From positions 1 to 49,317 of the forward strand of contig MQRK01238907.1 in NCBI GenBank assembly GCA_001938485.1: a stretch of 49,317 nt of DNA, written 5' to 3'. A program made the translations under genes and the position numbers. Under the pieces are notes generated by a model. It had not been told where the DNA came from. It worked only from the letters and a program-made list of their open reading frames with translations, and searched no databases. Source of the stretch: Girardia tigrina (taxonomy: Eukaryota). Positions within the stretch are counted from its first letter, which is position 1; every line of letters begins with the position of its first letter. Positions 23,850 through 35,138 of this stretch are shown here, piece after piece.

Positions 23850-24480
23850 CCGTGCGATTCATAAGTCGTCATCTCAAGATATGGAACTATACTGCGATGT
23901 AATGTAAAACTTTTTGAATATGATATAAATGCATTACGACATGGTTTTTTACGCAGTACAACTTGAAGACATGAAAAGAAAAAGGTTTTACAATAATTGT
24001 TCAAAATGTTCACCATTTTTCTGCAAACACAGATTGCATCGCTCCACAAAATTCGTGTAACATTTTCGAATGATGCGGTGATCGATGTCTGACAGCACTC
24101 TTGAAATGGCGCCTTGTAGTTCATCGAGGTTCAGATAGTTATTTTCGATGGCGTAAACTCGATCTTTGACGTAACTCCATAGCCAGAAGGCAGGTATCGT
24201 CAAATTTGGAGACCGAGGTGGCCATTCCTGGGGTACTCTACGACCAATCCATCTTTGTGGGAAATGTTTATCCAGCCACGTTTGCGCTGCAATGCTGAAA
24301 TGCGGAGGTGCGCCATCATGTTGATACCAGTGTTGCGTGTTATCCCCAACAAAAGGCAGCAACCTTTGATTCAGAACGTCGACATATCGTACCTGGTTCA
24401 TTGTTTCAGGTATAATACTGAAAGTTATTCCAAGGTCGTAGGAAACAGCTGCCCAAACAGTTAATCCCGGCGAGATAAAG
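23850..24480 (-). mobile_element. rosa/DD41D transposon 3' half
   Basis: ORF 23988-24608 contains HDGAPPHF...WIGRR...WPPRSPNLTIPAFWLW, with exactly 41 residues between the second D and the (mutated, A) third catalytic position. It ends NGEHFEQLL*; probable terminus CCGTGCGATTCATAAG after TA at 23848-23849. Confidence 0.88.
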
Positions 24481-24944
24481 ACGTATTTCAATCGCGAAAT
24501 ATTCACGCATCTGTTACTTATCACAATGTCATCGATGCCACACGAAGAGTAACTACTGAACAATCTGAAAGAACAGAGAAAATCATAGGCCCAACACAAA
24601 ATTTTCAAATCATGTGTTAACAGTTGGTATCCTTCTTACTTGGTTTATCAAACACAAACAAATACATATTGTGAGTAAATTTCGATTTACCTCTATTACT
24701 TAAAATATTATCAAACAAAAAATTTCAAAATTACATTTTAGAAATATTACCTATTACAAAAAATTTAAAATATTTTAACAAAATATAATTTATTAAGTTT
24801 ATTTATTATTAGTCTTAACTTTTTTTAAAAATAAAATGTATAAATAAGTAATAAATTTTGTAAGCCATTATAAATTTGATTACCATAATTTAAAATTATT
24901 TATTATTAGCCTAAACTTTTTTTAAAAAGTCTAAAAAATTTAAC

Positions 24945-25047
24945 ACCCTAAGTTACGTGACAAAAATTATGGGCTAAAAAATACGTCACCAAATATGGAG
25001 CCAAAAAATTGCGTCAAAATAAACGGCGCCAAAAAGACTTGTACCCT
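24945..25047. mobile_element. Orphan MULE-like MITE terminus
   Basis: Degenerate repeated subunits (GGCGCCAAAA-like) ending TGTACCC, like the end at 28764. Confidence 0.35.
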
Positions 25048-25211
25048 ATTCAGTAATATAAATTGACAGATCAAAATAAGGATTCAGTTTATTTTCATGT
25101 ATTTTGCATAACCTACTCAACAACATATTCTCAAAATCGATTCAATTTACACATTGTTCCACCAAAAAAAATAAAACTATAGGAAAAGAAAACTATAAAT
25201 AAATATATAAT

Positions 25212-25951
25212 CAGTGGTATGCAAGAAAAAAAGTTAAGTTTTAGCAAATGCTACCAAGCAAATGATACTTAGGAAATACTAGTGATAGCAAATGCTAAGA
25301 TTCTTATACAAGAAAAGAATCTAGCCTTAGCATTAACTATCTAGCAATTACTTAAGAGTTGCTATGGCTCTTGACCAATCAAATGTACTTTTAAATTATT
25401 TAATTTTTTTAGCAACTTTTTTCTTTTGGTAGTCCTTAAATTACAATATTGTTAATAAAAGTATTTTTAGAGTTTGAATTTTATTAATTGTAAATAAAAC
25501 CAAACTAGCTCTTTAAATTTTCTTATTGTAATAAATCTGACATTTTAAATGTTATTAAAATAATAAATTTCAAAATGAAATATTATCGTGATAATCTTTA
25601 AATTCAATTGACCCTTTGTCATGAAAATTTTCTGGGACCCTTAATTCGATTTTAAGAAATCATTTGTAATTAAAACACATTTTTCTAACTTCTCATTCCA
25701 TCAATATGAACAATATTTGAAATCAAAGCATTCAAGAAATTCTTTCTATTGGTTAGAAGATTCATCTAGATAGCTCCAGAACTATCTATCATTCACCCTA
25801 ACATTTTTTAGACTAAAGGTTAGTACATGCTTCATAGTTTTTACTTATTTTCTTATCTTGCATAAGAATTAACCCCTAGCGATTGCTATCAGCATTTACT
25901 ACCTAGCAAATGCTTTAAATTTAGGGTATTTTCTTTTCTTGCATACCGCTG
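25212..25951. mobile_element. Unclassified MITE
   Basis: TIRs CAGTGGTATGCAAGAAAA / TTTTCTTGCATACCGCTG, mirrored subterminal TAGCAAATGCT motifs, AAT on both flanks. Confidence 0.8.
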
Positions 25952-27039
25952 AATATTATCTGTTTATCTATTTTTTAGATTTTTTTTACAAAAGAAACAC
26001 AAATTTAAGTATTTTTAACTAAACAAAGTACATAAAAAGTAAACAAAATTTATTCGATTGTAAAAAAATAAAATAATGTCAATTATTATTAAAGAAATGA
26101 AAGAAAAAAATTAATAAAAAAAATTGCATTCTGCAAATTAATTTCTCTAGAAGAAGTTATTAATAATTTAGTATAATTTTGAAGGTTTTTTTTAAATTTG
26201 CTTTACTTTATTCTTCATAAAAATAAATATCTCACGATTATAATATATATTTTAAAAATAATTTTAAATTGAAATATAAATTAATAATTTTATTTTAATA
26301 TATACAGAAAAAGCTTTCTATAAAGTACATTCTTTTTTCAGGATATTTTAAAGATACGTACCTTAAAAAAATGTCGTACCATATAAAGTTCTTTATAAAA
26401 CATAATAATTTAAGCAGGGAATAATATTTTATCGTGAAAATTATAAAACTTGGGTATTAAAAATTATGAACTCTGATGTAGCAATTATAATTATCATGCT
26501 CATAGCACGTAATTTACAAATTGTTTCCCTTTAAGTCATTTTGCAAGTGTTCTTAAATACTCAAGATTTAGTTCTTTGTAAAAACGGTTACTTTTTTACT
26601 TTTATTTTGCTTCTGAAGCGTCAATAAGTTACCCTTCGTTTCAAGTAAATGTAATTCCACATCTTTCATTTTCATATTTTAATTTGAATTTAAAATAATT
26701 TTCAAACGGCTGTTTAGTTAAACAAATCGATTTTTATATTCTTTTTATATGTACAAAATATCTAATTTTAAATTATGTGATTTTTTTAATTGTGACCACA
26801 ACCATATCAGTCAAATATTTCATTGTCTTATAATTACTAATTATTTGCTATGTATTGAATCCGAGAGTTGCAAAAAAATCCACAATCACGAGACCAAGAA
26901 ATATTAAAATTCCATTTCCAGAAGGATTTAGAAAATGTAAAAATATCAGTAATGTTAACTTTTTAAAATATCAATAATGTTAAAATAGTGTCAGTAATAA
27001 ACTAAAGTGAGATACTGCCTTAAAGTGAAATTCAAAACT

Positions 27040-27150
27040 GACAATACAGTCAAAGCTAATCTTGTGTACAAATTTACTTGTTATTGGGCGTCAAAACTCG
27101 TACGATAAAATAAAACTGAACGATATGAGACCAGGATCGAAAGCAACTGA
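27040..27150 (+). mobile_element. Penelope-like GIY-YIG endonuclease remnant
   Basis: KANLVYKFTC followed by KTER..TRI resembles the PLE endonuclease motif NVVYKFTC...GKT.R.L.TRI.EH; heavily decayed. Confidence 0.5.
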
Positions 27151-27849
27151 AACAATGTAAACATCATTAATCAGTATTAACAGAAAAGTAAAAAGTGTGG
27201 CGCTGATTGAAAAAGTTGCTGTAATTAATTTTATGTTAAAATGAGTTCATTTGCAGAAACTACTTTTTTCATTAAATTATTTTATTTGTTGAATTTAGTT
27301 CATTTTTTGCCATTGAGAGCAATCGAATTTTCTATGAAATTATCATCAGAGTAAAATAAAAGAAATATACAAATTCTATGTATAAAATTTGTCGGAAGTT
27401 CCCGAAATTGTTCGACAATGACATGGAAACGGTTTTTTGATTACGCACGCCAAGAAATGTTTGAGAACTCAAAAAGCTTAATTTATATTTATATTGTGAT
27501 GTTTGTTCACACTTTGGCCTAAAAAAATAAAAGTTTTTGAAATATAAATATATGATAGCCTTTATGGTTTTTTTTAATTTAAATAAAACATCATGTTATT
27601 TTTTTAAAATTACTATTAAAATTACTTTTGTTTATTAATTTTGACGATTTAAATGTCATTTTAAGAATAAGAACACCAAAAGATTAAGAACACCAATTTG
27701 ACTTTTCATATTTTTATTTACACAACAATTTTGATTGTCCTAAGACAATCTTTGTCAAAGCTTTCGTACCAGTGCATTCTAACTAAATTGATGAATGATT
27801 TAATTCTTATTATTTTTTAGCAAATGGAGAAATAAATAATTTATTAAAA

Positions 27850-28135
27850 TATTTACTCAAAACTTATTGGATAAAAATTAAAATGATTATTAATTATTTA
27901 AAAAATATTAATTCGATTTATTTATTAAAAATTGTAAAAATTAATTAACTTTTTTAAAATTTTACAATTATTTGAAATTAAAAATAAAAATTAAAAATTA
28001 CATTATATATTTTTAGATAATAAGAATTAAAACATTAATCATCCATCTTGGTAGGAGAGACACATTTCCAAATCAACATACACATTGAAACACAAAACAT
28101 CAAACATTCAAAATATTCCTCACAAACCGATTTTA
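27850..28135 (-). pseudogene. Copy of dispersed Cys-rich peptide-like repeat family
   Basis: Minus frame ends SVCEEYFECLMFCVSMCMLIWKCVSPTKMDD* (stop 28035-28037). Alignable with ~2452, ~29180, ~29970 and ~46385. Confidence 0.5.
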
Positions 28136-28610
28136 AAAAAAATAGAAGTGCGTAAATGCCTAATGTGATATTTAAAAGGAATTAGTGTTGCTAAGAAAAG
28201 TAATTAAGCATAATTTAATAAACTCAAAAATTAATTAATATTTTTTAACAATATTTTTATTTAAAAAAACATTTGGCCTTAAGACGCTGAACATGCAAAT
28301 CTGGCCCTGTGTGATTATATTCATTCTTAAACAGATCCTTTCTTATATAAGGAAAACAAACAAAAATAAATTTACATAAAACTATGCAAGATATTTAAAT
28401 AATAAATGTCATTTATAAGAATAAAACAAGATTAGTTAAAATTTCCAAAAATACAGATGATCTATATTTTGATCTTGGAATACCTTGAATAATCTTATAC
28501 CTACATTAATAATTAATATTCATCACTATATGTAAGTATATGAGATTAAAACTGTGAAAATGAGATATTTGTCCTTTCACAGACCTTGAGTGACCTTGGG
28601 TTACTATATC

Positions 28611-28764
28611 GGAGCAGGACAACTCACTTCAGGAATTTGATTATAATTTTTTAAAAATTATTTGAGAAATTTTTTGAGGATTGTAATAAAATAATATTTT
28701 TTATTTTAAGAATTTTTTTGAGTTGTCCTGTTGCGAGTTGTCCGTAGCCAGTGGTCACGTACCC
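28611..28764. mobile_element. Mutator-like MITE (154 bp)
   Basis: Perfect 9-bp TSD TACTATATC (28602-28610, 28765-28773); GG...CC ends; inverted CAGGACAACTC / GAGTTGTCCTG subunits. Confidence 0.85.
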
Positions 28765-29200
28765 TACTATATCGGTTTATATCAAGATTAACAACACCTA
28801 TTCAAAATCGTATAGTTTATGGGGTATTGAAAGCATCCTGTAACCATAAAGATTTGTGACATACTGTTAAGAGAACTCACACATTTGGTAGAACATTTAT
28901 TACATTCACAATTTTGATCATCTCTATGTCAATCAAAATTATTACTTTCGCTTAAATTCATCATTCAAAGTTTAATACTTCTCATCCCAAATCTAAACTA
29001 TCTTGAAAAGAATTATTTTGTTTAAAATATTTAATTTAAATTTTATTGGTTAAAATAAAATTACTTTTTATAATCATTTAAAACATTAATTTAATTTAAT
29101 TATTTAAAAATTTACAATAAAAATAAATTAATAAATTGATTATTTAATATAAATCTAAATAATCTGAATAAATTAGTTCCAGATTATAAGAATTAAAATA

Positions 29201-29461
29201 TTAATCATCCATCTTTATATGAGAGGCACAATCTGAAATCAACGCACAACATTTAAAGATGCAAACAATACACAAAACACCAACATACCAAATATTCTTC
29301 ACACATGCATAAATATACGGACAAACCGAATACAATAACGCATTTTTCTCATATGAGAAATGCTCTGAATAATTATTAGCAACATCAAAATTTGCGTGAA
29401 CGCGTTTATTTACAACACAAACAGAATCATTTTCAGTTGCACTTTCTGTGGGAAGCATCAT
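29201..29461 (-). CDS. Putative small Cys-rich protein or pseudogene (86 aa); longest ORF of the dispersed family
   Basis: ORF ending ...VLCIVCIFKCCALISDCASHIKMDD*, homologous to the other copies. A piggyBac MITE sits immediately upstream. Confidence 0.4.
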   Translation of the reverse strand: MMLPTESATENDSVCVVNKRVHANFDVANNYSEHFSYEKNALLYSVCPYIYACVKNIWYVGVLCIVCIFKCCALISDCASHIKMDD

Positions 29462-29467
29462 TCTTAA

Positions 29468-29701
29468 CCCTTTCGCAGCGGCTTTCCGTTTTAAGTTATA
29501 GATAATTTTTGTTAAATATATAATGTTTATTCCGGTCTGAAATTTATTATTTAAAAGTTTTTTTTGGAAATTTATTCAGGGGGNNNNCTGGGGAGGTTGG
29601 GACAAATATATCCCATTCGTCTTTTATGATGGGTCATATATGTCCCAACAGCCTTTTGAAACATTCACTGGGACATATGTGTCCCAGCAGCTGCGAAAGG
29701 G
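29468..29701. mobile_element. piggyBac-type MITE
   Basis: TTAA TSD on both sides; 12-bp TIR CCCTTTCGCAGC / GCTGCGAAAGGG; internal GGGACA..TGTCCC palindromes. Confidence 0.92.
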
Positions 29702-30212
29702 TTAATTAATATGTTTTTTTGTATCTATATTCAAACCTTTGATTAATGGATGAGATTTTATAATTATTAACTTTAAATTTGTCGAAATTTAATTGGATAA
29801 AATACAATATTTAAATTGTAAAATAAGCATTAGTTTTTAAAATTTATTAAATTTAATAAGTTAAATCGTTTACTAAAATATTATTAAAATTTATGATTAC
29901 AAAACTTTTAATTAATTAGTATTTAAACATTAATATTATTAAATTAATCTCATTAGATTTAAATAATCAATACTTAACAAATCAATCCAATCTGAGTCAC
30001 AAATCTAAACAGCATACAAACAACAAACTTACAACATTCAGAATTTTCCCTTACAGTAATAATGAGAGATTTTAAGTTGTAATAATAATACTGTTTTATA
30101 ACGTACTTACATATTTTTATAATATAATGAAATTTAAATAAAATATAATATAATAATTTATAAAAAAAATAATAATAATTATTATAATAAAATAAAATAT
30201 AATAATTTATAA

Positions 30213-30892
30213 TAAAATATGTAGACGAATTGTTAATTTACTCAATTATTTCTATTGTATAAAGCATTACTATTAATTACTAGATAATTTGTATACATTT
30301 GTATTAATTATTGCATTTTAACATATGAGAACTCTAAAATTTTAATTACAAACTTTTTTTAAGAATATATTACATGTTTTCATACAACTTATACAGAATG
30401 TGAAAATTTTTTAGTGATTAAAACAAAAAAAAGATATACAAACAGCACATATAAGGGAAAACCTAAATCAAGTGTTAAAATATTTATTACTCCGTTGAAG
30501 TTTAATGATACAAAAGTGAATCTTTCGTCAAACACTACAAGGGAAACATAATTGTCTTAGTAACTTTAGTCCCTATCTTTCACTACAACTATTATATGAT
30601 TTAAGATTGACGTTTTTAGGATTTTTTCTTCAAAGAACATAATATAATTTTTATTTAGACACAAATTGTTGAAAAGACTTTGCTAGACTCTACAATTTAT
30701 TAATTTAAAAATAATTAATGTTAAGAAAATGAGAAATTAAAAAAATGATTAAAATAAAAGTAACAAACATAAAGTAAGATTAATTAAAAGATGAGAAATT
30801 GTCTAAAATATGTAGACGAATTGTTATTTTACTCAATTATTTCTATTGTATAAAGTATTACTATTAATTACTAGATAATTTGTATACATTTG
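30213..30892 (+). repeat. 89-bp direct repeat pair (30213-30301, 30804-30892)
   Basis: TAAAATATGTAGACGAATTG...GTATACATTTG occurs twice with two substitutions. Confidence 0.9.
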
Positions 30893-31128
30893 CATAAATA
30901 AATTATATTTGAAAAAATATTAAAAGATTAAATCAAAATTTTATAAAAATTTTTTTTCTAAAAGATAAGAAACGATTCAGCATCGATTATATATATATAT
31001 ATATNNNNNNNNNNNNNNNNNNNNNNNNNNNNNNNNNNNNNNNNNNNNNNNNNNNNNNNNNNNNNNNNNNNNNNNNNNNNNNNNNNNNNNNNNNNNNNNN
31101 NNNNNNNNNNNNNNNNNNNNNNNNNNNN

Positions 31129-31161
31129 GATGATTTTTTTAAAAATCGAAACATGTCCAAT
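31129..31161 (+). ncRNA. Minimal type-I hammerhead ribozyme, 5' part lost in an assembly gap
   Basis: ..GA-T-GATTT(TTTTAA)AAATC-GAAA-CATGTC-CAAT; the downstream ~70 bp are nearly identical to those after the 36719 copy. Confidence 0.7.
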
Positions 31162-31889
31162 AGTTGTATTAAAAAAGCTTTAATCAAATTATATTTTCGA
31201 AATACTAAACTTGCGTTCACAAGACTCAATAATATATATGTATATATGTACAATATAATATATATGTACAATGTACATATATAATTAAGACTTTGTGTAA
31301 CGTGTCTGAATAAATTAAGTGATTTCGTCAATAAAGCCTCACAAAAAGTGACTCAACATTTTTCTTAATTCTACCCGGTATTTTTATTTATAAAACAAGT
31401 CTACATATTTCATTCATATATCAATATCAATACCATTACCCAACTGTCTATGTTCTTGTATCTGTTATTAGAGAGGGTACAAAACTGATTCTTTAATTTA
31501 TGAGACGTTGCATTTATTGCAAGTGAAAAATTAAACTAAAATAAATTGGAAATTTGTTAGAAAATATATTTTAATTTTGTAAGATTCGGACATCTTTTTT
31601 AAATTTCGAGTTTTATGAAATAATGATTTTAAAATAACAGATTAAACCTTTTTGAAGCTATCAAATATGAATCATTAATTTTATTTAGTCTTAGACTCTT
31701 AACTGGTTCTTTTATCGAGCTTATTTTCTCTTGGGACGCATAAAGTTTTATTAATTATTTTACCCATCGTTTTTAAATAAAAGATTTGGAATCTTCGTTT
31801 TGATGCTAAAGTTAAATTAACATATTAAATTTATTTCATACCTTCCTATACCTATTTAAATCACCTTAAAGTTAATTACTTTACAAATA

Positions 31890-32184
31890 CACTATATCCT
31901 TTTTTACACGATTATCGGTTCCTGAAAGTCATCGAGTTAAAAAAGATACAATTTACATTAAAATAAATCATATGTTGGTAAATCATATATTAAAACAAAC
32001 ATCCGCATGTGAGTTAAAAATGAATAAATGATTTAATTTGACGAATAAAATCTTAATAAGTATTAAAGTGAAATTTTTTTTTATAGTGAAATCGCGTAAA
32101 AGTGGTAAAAATCTCGTTAAAAAAGAATTTGTGCCGCAATATCAAATCGCATAAAAGTGAATTCGCGCAAAAAAGGATAAGGTG
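31890..32184. mobile_element. pogo/Tigger-like MITE
   Basis: Imperfect TIRs CACTATATCCTTTTTTACACGA / TCGCGCAAAAAAGGATAAGGTG with TA on both sides; subterminal AAATCGCGTAAAAGTG repeats. Confidence 0.7.
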
Positions 32185-32517
32185 TATATGTTTTTAGTAC
32201 TTTTAATTTGCTTGGTGTTATGTGGATTATATATGTGAGAAGTGGTTGCAACCTCAATATCAGGATTCATTTTTTTAACACCAAAATTTTATTTATATAA
32301 CAATTCACATATTTAAAACAAATTTTCCTGTTAATTTAATTATCTCGATCCAAATTAATCTATTAAATTATTTTCGATTTAATTTTTAAAATCCTGAAAA
32401 TTTATTTCAAAAATTATTTAAACTTTATTTTCAAAATTTATTTCAAAGTTTATTTAAGATTGCTTATTAAAAATATTTTGATTTATAAATAAATATTTAA
32501 TATTTTTGTTTTCTTGA

Positions 32518-32823
32518 CATTTTTAATTTTAAGATATTTAATAGAGACATTAAAAGATATTTTTTATTTTTAAATAGGTATTTTATTTTTTATGATTTTC
32601 TTTTATTATATCATTTTTAATTTTTTTAAAATACTTAAAAACACATTAAAAAATATTTTATTTTTAAAAACGTTTTTGATTTTTTAATAGTTGTTTTATT
32701 ATATCATTTTTAATTTTAAAATATTGAATAAGCATATTAACATAGAAATATTTTACCCTTTAAATTAAAAAATAATAAATTATTCAGGCGAGATAAAAAA
32801 TTTAAATTAAGCCCTCCTAATAT
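32518..32823 (+). repeat. Degenerate ~93-bp tandem repeat; last unit and its flank also present at window 1-116
   Basis: Units start CATTTTTAATTTT at 32518, 32612 and 32705. 32712-32823 aligns with 1-116 (ATATTTTACCCTTTAAATT...TATTCAGGCGAGATAAAAA). Confidence 0.7.
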
Positions 32824-33222
32824 ATAAATGATTCTATTCCCGGGAAAATGAGACTAGGAAAAAGAGACCTAAAAAATAAAGAATATAAATGACTTAATAT
32901 ATTTTTAATAATGTTATACTATTTACAAATTTATTAGTAGATATAGCTGTAATGTAATTAATTAAAATTATTTGTTAAAATTTATTCATTATTTATTTAC
33001 ATTTTTTTATTTTTTAATCGTAAGGTTCATGGTAACCGTGGTCGTCATATTAGGCATATTAAAACACAGAGTCTTTTTTGAAGAATTATTAATAATAAAA
33101 TGGTTCGTAATTAGTGGCTGCGATATGACTTGTGAATACCTAATAGTACTATAAACGCATTAACACATCACTGAAACATAATTCACTACTTATTCAAATA
33201 TCCCTCACACAGCGTACTGCAG

Positions 33223-34119
33223 TTTTGATGATCATCGTATTTACATTACCATAACCGCAAAAAGAAATGACGGAAAGTAGAGGTAAGGAAGAATGAGACT
33301 ACGAAGAAAGAGATAAGAGAAAACAATGGTCTTATCTTAAATTATCCTTTTGCATCATCTTTGTTGTCCTGGTATCATTCTTCATTTTACCAAGTGATTC
33401 GTATCGTCACGTTTATCAATTTTAGAGGGTAAATCCAGTCCCAAATAACCATGTATTAAAAAAGTTTTCTGTATATCAAATTAATTTTTAAAATAATGTA
33501 ATTTCTAAAAAAAATGAATATTTTGTAAAAGATCGAATTATTAAAGAGTTGACTATATGTAAAAATTAGCCTTTAAAAAATAATTTAATTTCTGTAAAAA
33601 AAGGAATATGTTTTTAATAGTTTGAATGATTAAAGAAGTTTATTTTTAAGAAAATTAATTTATAATAGAAGTTACAAAAGTAAGATGAAATAAAAGACAA
33701 ATTGGGATTTAATTTCCTTAAAATGTCTAATAATTGGTTTACTAATTAATAATGTTTTACTAATTAAAACGATTTTTTTAATAAAATGAACTATTAAAAA
33801 AGTTTTCTGTATATCAAATTAATTTTAAAATAATGTAATTTCTATAAAAAATGAATTATTAAAGAGTTTACTATATGTAAAAATTAGCCTTTTGATGATC
33901 ATCGTATTTACATTACCATAACTACAAAAAGAAATGACGGAAAGTAGAGGTAAGGAAGAATGAGACTACGAAGAGAGAGATAAGAGAAAATAATGGTCTT
34001 ATCTTAAATTATCTTTTTGCATCATTTTTGTTGTCCTGGTATCATTCTTCATTTTACCAAGTGATTCGTATCGTCACGTTTATCAATTTTAGAGGGTAAA
34101 TCCAGTCCCAGATAACCAT
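33223..34119 (+). repeat. Nested direct duplications A-B-x-B'-A'
   Basis: A 33223-33452 matches A' 33890-34119 (230 bp, few substitutions). B 33454-33573 matches B' 33792-33892 (one internal deletion). Confidence 0.92.
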
Positions 34120-34913
34120 TAGCAGATGCACTAATCTTTTTATTGACTTATAATAAAAATATTTTTTAATGTTGTTTTTAAAAAGCTTTTATTAAGTCAC
34201 TAAATATTTTTATTAATATATTTTCAAATAAATTTTATTCCTTTTAAAATTAATTAACTAAAAATCCCATTTAAAATTTAAATATAAATCATTAATTTTT
34301 CATTATGGAACTGAACAATTGCATTTGAATGGAGATACTGCTCAAAATTAGGAAATTAATGATGGTAATGGCGAGTCAAGCGCAATTAAAGATGAATTCG
34401 GACAGACAATGTTAAAGAACACTTAACAAATTTCGGACTTAGTGAGCCATCCTTAATATTACACTTCAAATTTTAAGTAAATTGTTGAGAGTTATTTTTT
34501 AAATAGTATTCAGAAACAATACTGATTAATAAAAATGCCAAAAATAGTTAAATTATTAAATTTGGGGACGCATCTTCTTTTTTAAAGGTATTTTACGAAC
34601 AAATTGAAAGAGAACATTGTTGTGCGATTTAAATTACATTTTGTTTTAAATTTTCTAGATTGTTTTTTTAATTTTAGAGAAATCTAACGTCAAAAACAGG
34701 AAAATAAAACCGACGAATTTTGCAACGATATTCGACAAGAGATTAGTCAATTATCAGATTACACGAAGCACTGCTTCTTCTTTGATATCGGCAAAGTCGA
34801 CTCGAACGACATTAAAATCGAAATTATTGAAGAAAATCCGAGAATCTCTAATATCTCCGTCAATTCCCGAATCGAAAACCAAAGGTGAAAGACAAATGAT
34901 CGAATTCTTGCAG

Positions 34914-35102
34914 ATGCACCCAGATACTGGCATCTCCGGCGAAGCCATGTCAAACATGAACAATTTCGTGACCGATGTTTTTGAGCGGATTGCAAGTGAG
35001 GCTCGTCGATTGGTGCATTGCAACGAGAAGTCGACGATCACGAGCAGAGAGATCCAGACGGGAGTGACACTGCTGCTGTCGGGAGAATTGGCTAAGAACG
35101 CC
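34914..35102 (+). pseudogene. H2B: Histone H2B fold fragment embedded in a longer ORF
   Basis: [63 protein letters not shown] aligns without gaps to H2B VHPDTGISSKAM...REIQTAVRLLLPGELAKHA. The canonical N-tail/alpha1 and the end of alphaC are absent. Confidence 0.9.
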
Positions 35103-35122
35103 ACAAATTGTGAAAGAAATAA

Positions 35123-35138
35123 GACCCTCTTTAGGGCC
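35123..35138 (+). promoter_or_regulatory. Degenerate histone 3' stem-loop
   Basis: GACCCT-CTTT-AGGGCC with A-rich flanks ~20 nt after the H2B homology. One stem mismatch and a variant loop relative to the canonical GGCCCT-TTTC-AGGGCC. Confidence 0.65.

Noticed and set aside
27315-27350. Minus-strand CTGATGA-hairpin as a fourth hammerhead
   Set aside because: GAAA is replaced by GATT and there is no cleavage triplet or stem I; at best a dead relic.
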